Source: a virus
Lineage: Duplodnaviria > Heunggongvirae > Uroviricota > Caudoviricetes
Length of the DNA: 64,000 nucleotides
Strand: one strand, 5' to 3'
IMG/VR virus record: IMGVR_UViG_3300038435_000048
Coordinates: 12,277 to 76,276 of that record
Part shown: positions 1 to 10,016 of the stretch, one piece after another
How positions within the stretch are numbered: the stretch's first letter is position 1
Layout: each line of letters begins with the position of its first letter
The notes under the pieces: model-generated
What the model saw: the letters and a program-made list of their open reading frames with translations, nothing else
Database searches by the model: none
What the model was told of the DNA's origin: nothing
Made by a program: the position numbers and the translations under genes

Positions 1-90
1 CTTTTGGAAACTGGCAATGTTATTCGCATTAGAGGCAAAGTAGACGAACGAGGATCTCTCATTGCCGATACAATAGAAAGACCCAAATGA
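1..90 (+). CDS. 3' end of an upstream gene, partial (C-terminus ...TGNVIRIRGKVDERGSLIADTIERPK)
   Basis: An open frame runs in from the window edge and ends at TGA 88-90, overlapping the next ATG in an ATGA junction. Confidence 0.4.
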   Translation, partial: LLETGNVIRIRGKVDERGSLIADTIERPK

Positions 91-302
91 AGTACGAATA
101 CGACTTTCAAGACATTGGTCTAAATGATGATCAGCGTAAACTGGTTGAGCTTGGACTAGTCAAGGTAGAAGACATTAGTGCTCGCATCAAGGAAATCCTG
201 AATGCTAGAGCTAAGGATGGTTGGGAGCCACTCTACCCGTTCTCTGTACCCCTGCTGTGGTTCAAGCGAATTGCAGTTACACAAAAGCCAAAAAAGAAGT
301 GA
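87..302 (+). CDS. hypothetical protein (71 aa)
   Basis: ORF is translationally coupled to the upstream gene; no recognisable motifs. Confidence 0.45.
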   Translation: MKYEYDFQDIGLNDDQRKLVELGLVKVEDISARIKEILNARAKDGWEPLYPFSVPLLWFKRIAVTQKPKKK

Positions 303-327
303 CATTTTAGTCGGTTGGTGACATAAT

Positions 328-693
328 ATGTTTGACTATGCAATGGTCAACCTGCTTGGACGGGCCACAAGCGACGCGACCTTTTCGAGATCAGAGGATG
401 GGAGAATCGTTAAGGCTGTATTCACGATAGCCTGTAACATTCCAATACAGCGTAACGAAGAGAAGATCACTAAAACGATATATCGTATAGTGATGGTGAT
501 AGGGGCATATGCAAACTACGTGAGTAAGTGTCAGGATGAGGACGGCCTCAAGGGTCGCTTAATCAACGTGGTTGGAATCATGGATGACGAAAAATATGTC
601 GAAAATGGTAGCGATAAATACCGAGAGGTTACTCGCGTCTCACCAAGTGGATTCATCAAGATCATGGACCGGAGAGCGAGACATGATGGTTGA
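328..693 (+). CDS. divergent SSB-like OB-fold protein
   Basis: Its residue pattern (NLLGR..D......DG..VA.F..A... W..V..G..A......L.KG..V...G) follows the bacterial SSB OB-fold. A canonical SSB is encoded separately at 56432-56818. Confidence 0.5.
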   Translation: MFDYAMVNLLGRATSDATFSRSEDGRIVKAVFTIACNIPIQRNEEKITKTIYRIVMVIGAYANYVSKCQDEDGLKGRLINVVGIMDDEKYVENGSDKYREVTRVSPSGFIKIMDRRARHDG

Positions 694-1342
694 TATTCCA
701 GACGATGCCGTTGCTCAAGTACTCGATCAGTACCACCCTCTTGTGCGTTACATAGCCAAGCGGGCCTTTCACTCATCGTCTACACTAGATATCAATGATC
801 TATATCAAGTGGGTGATATGGCGGTGTTGAGAGCGGTGAAAGCATACGATCCCTCTTCTGGTCGCAACATCAAATCGTTCGTGGCAAACTCGATTCGAAA
901 TGCCATCTTCAATGAGGCTGCTCGTTTCCTCGGTGTGTTCACAGTAGATGTTAGAACCACCACTCAAGCCTCCTTCGCTGCCAAGATGCATGAAAAGGGA
1001 AAAAGTGACGAGGAGATTGGGGCGGCATTGACCGAAAAGTATGGTCGTAACTTTGATGCCGAGCACGCACGCGACTTGCGTCTTACCTACAATCGCAGAC
1101 TGTATACGCCGGTTCCGGAACACTTGACTGTTGAAGGTCTTGAGAACGATATTACTATCAAAGAATTGCTTGATAGTGTTGTCAAGGATGAAGTCGATCG
1201 CGTCATTCTTGATAGACGTATTTTGGGTGGTTGCTCCGTTGAACAAACTGCTGCCATTCTTCACATTTCAAAGAAGGCGGTTTCCAAAAAAGAAATCTGC
1301 CTCAAGACTAGAATTAAGCGAGCCCTTGAGGACGCAGCATGA
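683..1342 (+). CDS. RNA polymerase sigma-70 family factor
   Basis: Region 2-like DLYQVGDMAVLRAVKAYDPSSGRNIKSFVANSIRNAI and region 4 HTH ILGGCSVEQTAAILHISKKAVSKKEICLKTRIKRAL. Start chosen at the internal MMVDIPDD, overlapping the upstream stop. Confidence 0.8.
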   Translation: MMVDIPDDAVAQVLDQYHPLVRYIAKRAFHSSSTLDINDLYQVGDMAVLRAVKAYDPSSGRNIKSFVANSIRNAIFNEAARFLGVFTVDVRTTTQASFAAKMHEKGKSDEEIGAALTEKYGRNFDAEHARDLRLTYNRRLYTPVPEHLTVEGLENDITIKELLDSVVKDEVDRVILDRRILGGCSVEQTAAILHISKKAVSKKEICLKTRIKRALEDAA

Positions 1343-3147
1343 GTTACAAAAAGAAAGTTCTGTTTGTCGGTGAAGCCAGTTTTTTGAACACTGGTTTCGC
1401 GACTTACTATCGAGAGTTGTTGCCGCGTTTGGCGGCTACCGGCAAATATGAAATTGCTGAACTTGGCTCATACGCCGCACAGAATGATCCGCGAGTGCAG
1501 GAGTTCATTGCTGGTCGTTGGCGATTCTATGGCGTGATGCCAACCAACGAGGAAGAGCAGCGTGCTTTCCAACAACCTAATCCTCATCCTCGTACACGCG
1601 GACAGAACACGAATCAGTTTGGTGAATACAAGTTTGCTCACGCTTGTGCCGATTTCAAGCCTGATATTGTGATTGACATTCGTGACTGGTGGATGCTTGA
1701 GTTCCAAGAACGCAATATCTTCCGTCAATGGTACAAGTGGATTGTGATGCCCACTGTAGATGCCGAGCCACAGCAAGAAGAGTGGATGCAGACGTACGAG
1801 AACGCTAATATGGTTCTTGCATATTCTGACTATGGCATTGCTACGCTCCGTCGTCAATCGGGTATTTCTCCCAATGGCAAGCGAAGCGTGCGTATCTTCC
1901 CCAAGGCCATGAGACCCGGTGTGGATATCGAGGCTTTCAAGCCCACCGACAAGAAGCTAGCTCGTGAACACTGGAATTTGTCTGCCGACATCCCGATTAT
2001 CGGGACGGTTATGCGTAACCAGAGTCGCAAGCTATATCCCGATTTGATTGACGCTTTTGCGTTCATGAAGAACAAGTACAAGGGCGAACCGCAAGTCGAT
2101 AAGGCCGCTCTGCTCATCCATTCGTGTTGGCCGGATAACGTTTATTCATACGACTATCCTCGCCACATCTTCCGTCTTGAACGCTATGACTGGATGTCGA
2201 ATCACAAAAAGGGTATTCGCGGCGACGTTCTACAATCGCTGTTCTGTCATGCGTGCCAGCAAACGTCGGTAACGTTTGCGGCTAATCTTTGGGGCCGTCC
2301 CGTTCAAGACGGTCGCATCAAGATGCCGTGCAACTATTGTGGCAAAACGGAAGCTTCGCCGCCGAACACAAGTGTTGGATTCGGGCGTACTGACTTGGCC
2401 AAGTTGTACAACCTAATGGACGTATATGTGCAATGCTCCATCTGTGAAGGCGACGGCATGCCGATACAGGAAGCCAAGGCGTGCGGTGTCCCGTCGCTCG
2501 TTGTAGACTATACGGCAATGCGTGAGAAGGGTAGATACCCCAACTATTCCCATTTCGAGGAATCTGGAATTAATGAAGGTAACTACACTTGCCATAAGGG
2601 CGGCGAAGTAATCGAAGTAGATCGTTATTACTATGAGCCTGAAACTTCTTGCAAGAGAGCGTTGCCGAGCATCGCTGATCTAGCTCTCAAGATGCGTAAC
2701 ATGATTAATGATCCTGAGAAGCTAGCCAGAATGGGCAAGGAAGCTCGCGAGTGTGTTGAAGAGAATTATGACTGGGAAAAGCTTTGGCATCAATGGGAGT
2801 ATGTCCTAGATAACGTCAAGATTCTAGACCGTTCCGAAACTTGGGATAGTCCTATTGCTCCGCTTGACGAGATTACTTCTATGCCAGTGCCAGCCAATTT
2901 GACTGACGAACTATACGTTCACTGGCTATACTTGAATGTGCTTAAATATCCTGCGGTTGATACTGATGGTGCCAAGATGTGGATTTCGCATCTACAACAG
3001 GGTGTCACTCGCGATCAATTGATGCAGCAGTTTGTTGCTATTGGTAATCAACAGTCAAGTGTTAGCAAGCTACGTGATCAGGTGCGTTTGGAAATGGGTG
3101 GCAAGGTGAATATGCGTGCCGCTAAGAAGACTCAGGAGTTTGTATGA
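1339..3147 (+). CDS. glycosyltransferase (GT-B/GT4-like) with a C-terminal DUF4214-like domain
   Basis: N-terminal Rossmann half (KVLFVGEASFLNTGFATYYREL) and a GT4 C-half (EGDGMPIQEAKACGVPSLVVDYTAM). C-terminus DELYVHWLYLNVLKYPAVDTDGAKMWISHLQQGVTRDQL resembles DUF4214. Confidence 0.7.
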   Translation: MSYKKKVLFVGEASFLNTGFATYYRELLPRLAATGKYEIAELGSYAAQNDPRVQEFIAGRWRFYGVMPTNEEEQRAFQQPNPHPRTRGQNTNQFGEYKFAHACADFKPDIVIDIRDWWMLEFQERNIFRQWYKWIVMPTVDAEPQQEEWMQTYENANMVLAYSDYGIATLRRQSGISPNGKRSVRIFPKAMRPGVDIEAFKPTDKKLAREHWNLSADIPIIGTVMRNQSRKLYPDLIDAFAFMKNKYKGEPQVDKAALLIHSCWPDNVYSYDYPRHIFRLERYDWMSNHKKGIRGDVLQSLFCHACQQTSVTFAANLWGRPVQDGRIKMPCNYCGKTEASPPNTSVGFGRTDLAKLYNLMDVYVQCSICEGDGMPIQEAKACGVPSLVVDYTAMREKGRYPNYSHFEESGINEGNYTCHKGGEVIEVDRYYYEPETSCKRALPSIADLALKMRNMINDPEKLARMGKEARECVEENYDWEKLWHQWEYVLDNVKILDRSETWDSPIAPLDEITSMPVPANLTDELYVHWLYLNVLKYPAVDTDGAKMWISHLQQGVTRDQLMQQFVAIGNQQSSVSKLRDQVRLEMGGKVNMRAAKKTQEFV

Positions 3148-4403
3148 AATTGCTATTCACGGGACCGCTGCTAGATTTCAGTGGGTTCGCTCACGCTTCT
3201 CGTATCGTCTTGCGTACTCTATTGCAAGATCAGAATATTGAAGTGACTGCTCGTGCTTTGAAGTATGATCAGCTAGACGCTGGTCAGAATTTTGTGCCTG
3301 AGCAATGGTTGTCCGAGGCATTGCAGCGTGATCTGCAAGGCGTCGATATGGCTATCCAAATGACAACGTGCAACGTTGAGGCCGTACCTATTCCTGGTAT
3401 ACTCAATGGCTTGTATACTTTTCTAGAAAGCGGTCACATGCAGGTTTCGTGGGTCGCCAAGGCCAATGAATTTGACTTTTTGATGGTGCCATCGAAGTCT
3501 AATGCTGAGGCGATGCTGAATTCAGGAGTTGTGAAACCTATCATTGTCTGTGGCCTGCCGTGCGATCAAGACATTTATGATAGAGATTACGAGCCATACA
3601 AGCTTGAACATGCAGGTAGTCGTACGGTCTTTTACAACATCTGTCAGTTGAGTAACAAGAAGGGCATTGATGCTTTACTAAGAGCATATCATGCAGGCTT
3701 CTGGGATCGTCCTGATGAAGTCTTGCTCGTCCTTAAAACGTACATTCAAATGTCCAACCGTACTAATGAGTTGGATCAGGTGAAGCAGTATATTCAGAAC
3801 ATCCGTCAGCGTTGTCGCATTCCGGCAGATAGATTTCCGCCGGTCTTGCCTCTTGTCTTTACCATGACGGATGATGAGATTAATGGTCTTCATGCTCGCG
3901 GTGATGCTTATGTATGTTCTTCGCGTGCAGAGGGCTGGGGCATTCCCGTGTTCGATGCACTAGGACACGGCAAAACTGTTATCACTAACTCTGCTGGCGG
4001 TATGGCAGATTTTGTGACTCGTGATAATGCATTGATCTATGGTGGTATGGCAACATACTTCTTTGATACGCCTCACAGTGATCCTGGACTCTACACTGGT
4101 GTTGAACAGTGTTTCGAGCCATGCGTTCCTGAAATGGCTCTTGTGATGAGAAACTTCCACTTGCTTCGTAAGGGTAATGCGGAGGGAGTTCTGGATGATC
4201 AACACAAAGAACAGTGGGAATCAGTATTGATCCGCCGTCAGAATGCTAGGATCGTTGGACAGAAGCATGACTATAGACGTATCTCACCAATCATTACAGG
4301 CCAACTTCATGCCATGCTCAAAGTATGGAAACAAACAGGGACAATAGTCTTCGATGAAACCTTCAAAGAGAATAGCGAAGTACAACCTCAAGCCGCGTCT
4401 TGA
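3144..4403 (+). CDS. glycosyltransferase group 1 (GT4-like)
   Basis: GT4 C-terminal signature VCSSRAEGWGIPVFDALGHGKTVITNSAGGMADFV; ATGA coupling to the upstream gene. Confidence 0.7.
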   Translation: MKLLFTGPLLDFSGFAHASRIVLRTLLQDQNIEVTARALKYDQLDAGQNFVPEQWLSEALQRDLQGVDMAIQMTTCNVEAVPIPGILNGLYTFLESGHMQVSWVAKANEFDFLMVPSKSNAEAMLNSGVVKPIIVCGLPCDQDIYDRDYEPYKLEHAGSRTVFYNICQLSNKKGIDALLRAYHAGFWDRPDEVLLVLKTYIQMSNRTNELDQVKQYIQNIRQRCRIPADRFPPVLPLVFTMTDDEINGLHARGDAYVCSSRAEGWGIPVFDALGHGKTVITNSAGGMADFVTRDNALIYGGMATYFFDTPHSDPGLYTGVEQCFEPCVPEMALVMRNFHLLRKGNAEGVLDDQHKEQWESVLIRRQNARIVGQKHDYRRISPIITGQLHAMLKVWKQTGTIVFDETFKENSEVQPQAAS

Positions 4404-4410
4404 GAACGAG

Positions 4411-4698
4411 ATGCGGGTTTCACGCCCGCAACTTGGCAAAAAGGCCGACTATGCTGGTAGCCGCACTGCGGCCATTCAGTTGTTTTGTCTTTCTTGTATG
4501 GGTGGTTGCCGTGCGGATGTAGTAGCGTGTGCTTCTTATTCGTGTCCATTATGGCAATTTCGACCGGGCGGCAAGAAGGGTGTTAGACCTGCTGGCATTC
4601 CTACTGCTGAACAATACGATGAAATGATTGATGATAGTGTCAGTGCCAAACAACGTGCTGCTGGCAGAAAGTTACGGGAGAAGAATGATGGAGAGTGA
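4411..4698 (+). CDS. small Cys-rich (putative zinc-binding) protein
   Basis: Motif FCLSCMGGCRADVVACASYSCPLWQFRPG. Start inferred at the internal Met just after the upstream stop. Confidence 0.4.
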   Translation: MRVSRPQLGKKADYAGSRTAAIQLFCLSCMGGCRADVVACASYSCPLWQFRPGGKKGVRPAGIPTAEQYDEMIDDSVSAKQRAAGRKLREKNDGE

Positions 4699-4885
4699 TA
4701 GAAGATTTGCTTACGTGAAACGTTCAAGTAAGTATGAGAAGATTGACTTCTCGCAGATTGCAGTCAACGAATCCTTCATTCTCTGTGAGCCGGATGGCAC
4801 TCCTGTTGGGCATTATGTTGCGGCATCATGGCCATACGAGCAGCGTGGCATTGAGACTATTCAGGTTGTGGAGTGTAAGAAATGA
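4685..4885 (+). CDS. hypothetical protein
   Basis: ORF with ATGATG start overlapping the upstream stop. Confidence 0.35.
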   Translation: MMESDRRFAYVKRSSKYEKIDFSQIAVNESFILCEPDGTPVGHYVAASWPYEQRGIETIQVVECKK

Positions 4886-5988
4886 ATCAGATGTACTATG
4901 AGCCTCAGATGAAATCGATCTCGGAGCGTGTGAATCGCAAGCCGCGATTGGTGCAGTGCATTCAGATGTTGAATGAAGAATACTTTGCCCCCCTGGTTCT
5001 TAGTTCGATCTATGATCAGGTAGATCGTATCATTGTTATCGAAGGGGCGGTCGCGAACAATCCACGTTCAACTCCAGATGGACATTCTATTGACAAGACA
5101 CGCGAAGTGCTGGCGGATTTCAAGGCCAATCACGATCCCAAGAAGAAGGTTGTTGTAATTTCAATCAACAAACACTGGAAGAACTTGGAAGAGATGAAGC
5201 AGACATTCCTGGACATGTCTATTCCAGGCGATTGGATGCTCATTAACGACGCGGATGAATTTTATCGTCCACAGGATATAGTCCGTCTTCGTCAGGCTAT
5301 TGAACTGAATCCTCATGCCTGCGAATTTGTGCCGAACTTCTTACACTTCTATGGCGACTACTTGCACGTTGCCAAACCTGGGCCGGAATGGCAGCCACAA
5401 CACCAACGTATTTTCAAGTACGTTCGTGGCATGAAGTACAACAGTCACCCGGTTGTTACTGACCCTGTGGGGCATTGCACCTACTTCTCGCCACACTATC
5501 AGCATCGTAGGGTCATGCTGAATGACTTCTTTATCTTCCACTATGGCTATGCTCGTGGTAATATGGACGAGATTATGAAGGCCAAGCAGGAATACTACGA
5601 GAAGGAACTCGCGGCACACGGTGCCGCTAATAAGAAGTTTGACCAAAAGGTCAAGGATTGGTTTGCTGATACGGAACCTGTGCTGGAATTTGATGGTCAG
5701 CATCCGGCCGTACTTCAAAACATAACGGCTGCCTTGCCGCCTCATGGTAAGGTTATTGGTAATTGGCGTGACGATCCTTTTTACGCCAAGGTACTTGCTG
5801 GCGAAGAGTATGGTAATATTTGGCTGTGTATGACTCGTCAGTCTCAGCCACATATGAATCATTACCACAATGGTATGACTCTGGATATTCCTATCGCCAT
5901 GTTAGCCGTTCAAGATTCAATGAGGCAACAACAAAGTGCTGGACTGACTGGTCTTGGTGAATCCTGGGCTCATGTTGGCTCTTGCTGA
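4882..5988 (+). CDS. putative GT-A fold glycosyltransferase (DxD motif)
   Basis: IVIEGAVANNP ... WMLINDADEFY DxD-like motif; ATGA coupling. Confidence 0.5.
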   Translation: MNQMYYEPQMKSISERVNRKPRLVQCIQMLNEEYFAPLVLSSIYDQVDRIIVIEGAVANNPRSTPDGHSIDKTREVLADFKANHDPKKKVVVISINKHWKNLEEMKQTFLDMSIPGDWMLINDADEFYRPQDIVRLRQAIELNPHACEFVPNFLHFYGDYLHVAKPGPEWQPQHQRIFKYVRGMKYNSHPVVTDPVGHCTYFSPHYQHRRVMLNDFFIFHYGYARGNMDEIMKAKQEYYEKELAAHGAANKKFDQKVKDWFADTEPVLEFDGQHPAVLQNITAALPPHGKVIGNWRDDPFYAKVLAGEEYGNIWLCMTRQSQPHMNHYHNGMTLDIPIAMLAVQDSMRQQQSAGLTGLGESWAHVGSC

Positions 5989-6000
5989 AATGGTATTATC

Positions 6001-6336
6001 ATGAAAATTCGCAATTGGTTAGGTAGATCCTTTGTTCAATTTGGTGTCAAGCTTCTTGATACATCGAATGGTGCTCTAGTTAAACATGAATTGCTACCCG
6101 CTGAAAGTCCTTTTTTGCAGGTAAGTAGTATTCTATGTAGTGATACTGAAGATGAAATACGAGCACGAGCACTTGTTCGGGCTCGCACCGGAGATGAAAA
6201 ATTGGCGAGGGCGTATATGGCATACGTTCGCGATGTTCCAAAAGGCAGCATTAATGACTTCAATCAATTGAGTGCCGAAGATCGTAGACGTTACTTTGAG
6301 ACTTCTGTTCCTCTCCTGAGTAAGATTGATGCCTAA
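6001..6336 (+). CDS. hypothetical protein
   Basis: ORF in the operon context. Confidence 0.4.
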   Translation: MKIRNWLGRSFVQFGVKLLDTSNGALVKHELLPAESPFLQVSSILCSDTEDEIRARALVRARTGDEKLARAYMAYVRDVPKGSINDFNQLSAEDRRRYFETSVPLLSKIDA

Positions 6337-7168
6337 GCTATCGTATCTTGTTTCGACTTATGATGCTGGTCATTATCTTGACCGACACATTGCCGACTTA
6401 CTTGAAAAGCAAACGGATCAAGACTTCGAAATCGTTGTGATGAATCCCGATTCGCCGGGCACAGACGATATGATTGGTCGTAAGTGGGCTGATATTGATT
6501 CTCGTGTCAAGTATCTATATTGGCCAAAACGAGAGTGGTATGGTACTTCGTGGTTACGTGCTTGGCAATGTGCTACTGGTGACTTTGTTATCAATAGTAA
6601 CACTGACGACTATCATGCCCCCACTACCACAGCAGCATTTCACAAGAATATGACCTATGCGACTAGTGGTATGCATGCTGGTCGCAAGATTGGATTTTGT
6701 TACGCTGGCATTCAAGTCATTGACGAGAATGGCAAGATGCTTGGTGGCGGAATCAAACCTCCATTTGATTTCGAGCTTATGAGTAGGGAATGCTGGGCGG
6801 GTCCTCAAGTTTGTTGGCGTAATGATGCAGCCTTCAAGAAGACGCTAGATTGGGATCTGATGTTCAAGAGGTCTGAACAATACCGATCGGCGTTTGATTA
6901 CTGGCTGTGGCTGTACTTCATGTCCTTGGGATACCACGGATATGTGATACCTCAAGTGCTGACGATTTATACTCAAAGGCCGGGCTCGATCGAGAATAGC
7001 AACAAATCGGCCAACAATTACGAAACTTACTCGGCCATTTCAGAGTTCTTCGGTCACAATTTCAATGGGCACTTGAAGCATGCGATAGAGTTTGTTGACT
7101 TTGGCAGGCGTCCACCACGCGATGAATGGATTGCTACTATGCAGGCTGGTAAGAAATGGAAAGACTAA
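6326..7168 (+). CDS. glycosyltransferase family 2
   Basis: LSYLVSTYDAGHYLDRHIADLLEKQTDQDFEIVVMNPDSPGTDD matches the GT2 N-terminal signature. Confidence 0.7.
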   Translation: MMPKLSYLVSTYDAGHYLDRHIADLLEKQTDQDFEIVVMNPDSPGTDDMIGRKWADIDSRVKYLYWPKREWYGTSWLRAWQCATGDFVINSNTDDYHAPTTTAAFHKNMTYATSGMHAGRKIGFCYAGIQVIDENGKMLGGGIKPPFDFELMSRECWAGPQVCWRNDAAFKKTLDWDLMFKRSEQYRSAFDYWLWLYFMSLGYHGYVIPQVLTIYTQRPGSIENSNKSANNYETYSAISEFFGHNFNGHLKHAIEFVDFGRRPPRDEWIATMQAGKKWKD

Positions 7169-7359
7169 AGTCTTGTAAGCATGATTACACCACGCTGATG
7201 GGTAAGGATTACAGTACCCTTGTACAGATGGATTGTGAGCGTGTGTGTAAGTTGTGTGGCTTGATTGGTCTATACAGCGTGCTAGACAAGAAGTGGGTTG
7301 ATGTTGGTTACATACAAGACGATTTTCCAGAAGAGACGCCGAACTATGTCATTCGCTAA
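7156..7359 (+). CDS. hypothetical small protein
   Basis: ORF only. Confidence 0.3.
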   Translation: MERLKSCKHDYTTLMGKDYSTLVQMDCERVCKLCGLIGLYSVLDKKWVDVGYIQDDFPEETPNYVIR

Positions 7360-7771
7360 TTTGTGGTATAAGCTAGTCGCCAGACGCCTGCAAGCCGATC
7401 ATACTCGTTTGGTGTCTGAGAGTATTGATCTGAATGTCACAATCAAAGGATTAGAACGCACAATCATTAGGCTTGAAGTTGATCTTAAAAACGTCAAAGC
7501 GACTAATGATAAACTGCGTACTGACATTAACACTCTTGAACATCCTACTTTTGTGGGTTCATGGGTGGGAGCACAGGCTCATGCTGCTAAGCAACGCAAT
7601 ACAGAACTTGAACGTCAACTCGGAAAGATGGATTTAGTACGTCAAGCACTCAAGAACGAAAAGGCGTATACTTTATTCCTTGAAGATTGTTTGCTGTGTA
7701 ATAATCCCTCCGACATTTTCAATGCTCTGCCGCTTGAAAAGCGTAAAGAGTATTTTGACAAAGTACAATGA
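7346..7771 (+). CDS. hypothetical coiled-coil protein
   Basis: Heptad-rich sequence (LERTIIRLEVDLKNVKATNDKLRTDINTLE). Confidence 0.4.
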   Translation: MSFANLWYKLVARRLQADHTRLVSESIDLNVTIKGLERTIIRLEVDLKNVKATNDKLRTDINTLEHPTFVGSWVGAQAHAAKQRNTELERQLGKMDLVRQALKNEKAYTLFLEDCLLCNNPSDIFNALPLEKRKEYFDKVQ

Positions 7772-8865
7772 TCAAGGTTTTACACTACCTCCGTCACCTT
7801 GGCTTGGGTGGCACCGAGAAGACTTGTCAGCTATTCTTCGAACATGCTAGTAAGGACTTTGAAGTGGCAGTTGTGTTTGAAGAAACTGGCTGTCATCCTC
7901 GCTTAGACGAATTCTGGAAATCAAGTCAGGTTTGTGGCGGACGGCTTTTCAAGATTAATTCATATCTTGATGGCCCACAGGGGAAGCCGTATTCACATGA
8001 CTTGCAGCACGTCGTTGACAACATCAAGCCTGATATTGTACACGTTTACAGAAGTGGCTACCATGAGTTCCCAAGTCCTGGGTTCCATGTGAAGGTGCCG
8101 CACTTCGTAGAGACTAATGTGTTTGGCTTCTACGACGCCAACCCCAAGATTAGCAAGTCATTGTTCATGAGTAATTGGCTTATGAACAGTACCGTTAAGA
8201 AGCTAGGTTTTAAGCCCGATCGCTTTGATTTCGTTAACAATCCCGTTGAGATGCCGTGTACGAATGATGAGCTTGAAATCGCAAAAAGATGGAAGGCTGA
8301 TGGAGCGATTGTTGTGGGGCGTTGCGGTCGTCCCGATAATGGTATCTATAATGCAGTGAGTGTAGACGCGGTGCGACTGCTACGCATGCAGGGATATGAC
8401 ATCCGATTCTTGGTAGTGGCTCCTCCCTCCAACATGATCGATGATCTGGCACGTCATGACATTCCGTTTTATGTTATCGAACCAACGACAAGCCCACTTG
8501 TTTTGAGTACGTTCTATAATAGCGTTGACATCTATACGCATGCACGAGCGGATGGCGAAACGTTTGGCGTTAACATTGCCGAAGCTATGATTCATGGTAA
8601 GCCTGTGATTACTCATATCGCTACACCAAGCGTTCCTGGCATGGGTGTGTTTCAATCACAGACGGAACTTGTTGATAGTGACAAAACAGGATTTGTTGTT
8701 GAAAATAACCCGGCTGTATATGCAATGGAATTAAAAACTTTGATCGATTGTGAACCATTGAGATTGAAGATGGGCGAGAATGGTAGACGTAAGGCGGAAG
8801 CAGAGTACGAAGTGGGCGTTTGTATGCAGAAGCTAGAACGTATCTATAGAGAAATTGTATCATGA
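7768..8865 (+). CDS. glycosyltransferase group 1 (GT4)
   Basis: VVGRCGRPDNGIYNAVSVDAVRLL ... YTHARADGETFGVNIAEAMIHGKPVITH. Confidence 0.75.
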   Translation: MIKVLHYLRHLGLGGTEKTCQLFFEHASKDFEVAVVFEETGCHPRLDEFWKSSQVCGGRLFKINSYLDGPQGKPYSHDLQHVVDNIKPDIVHVYRSGYHEFPSPGFHVKVPHFVETNVFGFYDANPKISKSLFMSNWLMNSTVKKLGFKPDRFDFVNNPVEMPCTNDELEIAKRWKADGAIVVGRCGRPDNGIYNAVSVDAVRLLRMQGYDIRFLVVAPPSNMIDDLARHDIPFYVIEPTTSPLVLSTFYNSVDIYTHARADGETFGVNIAEAMIHGKPVITHIATPSVPGMGVFQSQTELVDSDKTGFVVENNPAVYAMELKTLIDCEPLRLKMGENGRRKAEAEYEVGVCMQKLERIYREIVS

Positions 8866-10016
8866 GTAAGATCCGCGTAGTTCACCATTCCAAGACTGTT
8901 GGCTTTAGCGGCACAGATCGCACAGCCCAACTCTTTTGTAAGCATCTGGCACAGAGCGAAAAGTACGAGCCCTTTATAGTTTATCGTGAGGGCGACCTTG
9001 CTAACAACCGCCTAGATATCGTCAAGTCTTGGCTTGGCGAAGACCACGTAATTCCCTATCAGTGGACGCCTGGAAAGAAGGGACAGCAGCCTCCCTTCCT
9101 GCCGGAGTCAGACAACCTCTACGACGTTTTAAAGCAGATCGATCCACAGATTATGCACGTCCACAGAAGCGGCTATACCGAATGGCCGTGTTTTCGTTGG
9201 ATGGCACCCAAGGCCAAATGGATTGAGACTAACATCTTCGGCTTTAAGGATAACGCACCTGAGCCGCAGATCGACCTTAACGTCTATATTTCGCAGTACA
9301 TCCTGAATACCGCCCTGCGAGCGGGAGGTCCCAAGGGGCCAGTGCTGTACAACCCTATTGAAGTGCCCGTCCTGGAAATGACGCCAGAAAACAAAGAGGC
9401 GTGCCGTGAACACCTTCTTTCTACTTTCAAGCTACCTCCGAACGCGGTTTTACTTGGACGTGTAGGTAGAGCGGACAACTTCGATCCTATCTCTCTGAGA
9501 GCATTCAAGGAAGTAGAAGACGCCTATCCTAATGCTTACTATCTCGTAGTTAACCCATGTCAGGGATGGCACGACACGGTTCGCAAATTAGGGATTCAGA
9601 ACGTTCGCTTTTCAGGTCCGATCGTTAACGATAGCGAGCTATCAAAATTCTACATGGGACTTGACATTTATGCCCATGCTCGTCATGATGGTGAATGCTG
9701 CCCATGCAACATTCAGGAAGCCATGATGCATGGCCTACCTGTTGTCTCACATGAAAGCATGATCTTCAATGGACAATCTGAGATTCTTGCGGAGAGTGGA
9801 TTCGTTGTGCCAGTAGGACACCACGAAGCATATCGTGACATCCTCATGCAGCTTATTGAGAATCCTGAAATGATGAATGAAGATGAGACCGCTCGCGTGC
9901 GTCTTCGAGCACATTTTAGTCGAGAGGCTAGACGACGTGCTATGCGATACTTTGAGGCTAGTACGGTTACGAGCCAGCTTGTTCAGATCTATGATTGGAC
10001 ACTTGCCAACAAATGA
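8862..10016 (+). CDS. glycosyltransferase group 1 (GT4), tandem paralog of 7768-8865
   Basis: LLGRVGRADNFDPISLRAF ... YAHARHDGECCPCNIQEAMMHGLPVVSHE; same architecture as the upstream gene. Confidence 0.75.
   Translation: MSKIRVVHHSKTVGFSGTDRTAQLFCKHLAQSEKYEPFIVYREGDLANNRLDIVKSWLGEDHVIPYQWTPGKKGQQPPFLPESDNLYDVLKQIDPQIMHVHRSGYTEWPCFRWMAPKAKWIETNIFGFKDNAPEPQIDLNVYISQYILNTALRAGGPKGPVLYNPIEVPVLEMTPENKEACREHLLSTFKLPPNAVLLGRVGRADNFDPISLRAFKEVEDAYPNAYYLVVNPCQGWHDTVRKLGIQNVRFSGPIVNDSELSKFYMGLDIYAHARHDGECCPCNIQEAMMHGLPVVSHESMIFNGQSEILAESGFVVPVGHHEAYRDILMQLIENPEMMNEDETARVRLRAHFSREARRRAMRYFEASTVTSQLVQIYDWTLANK

Noticed and set aside
1468-2595. Antisense ORFs (60-130 aa) inside the glycosyltransferase, RNR, fiber and other long genes, for example 1468-1857(-), 5341-5868(-), 15320-16033(-), 34712-35155(-)
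   Set aside because: They lie entirely within longer ORFs that carry strong domain signatures and have no motifs of their own. They are most likely shadow ORFs.
1339-10016. The glycosyltransferases as T4-like DNA alpha/beta-glucosyltransferases
   Set aside because: Their number, the CgeB-like and GT2 types, the small-molecule SAM methyltransferases, GDP-fucose synthesis and a sulfotransferase point to polysaccharide or glycoprotein synthesis. No DNA methyltransferase or hydroxymethylase motif was seen. DNA glycosylation cannot be fully excluded without base analysis.
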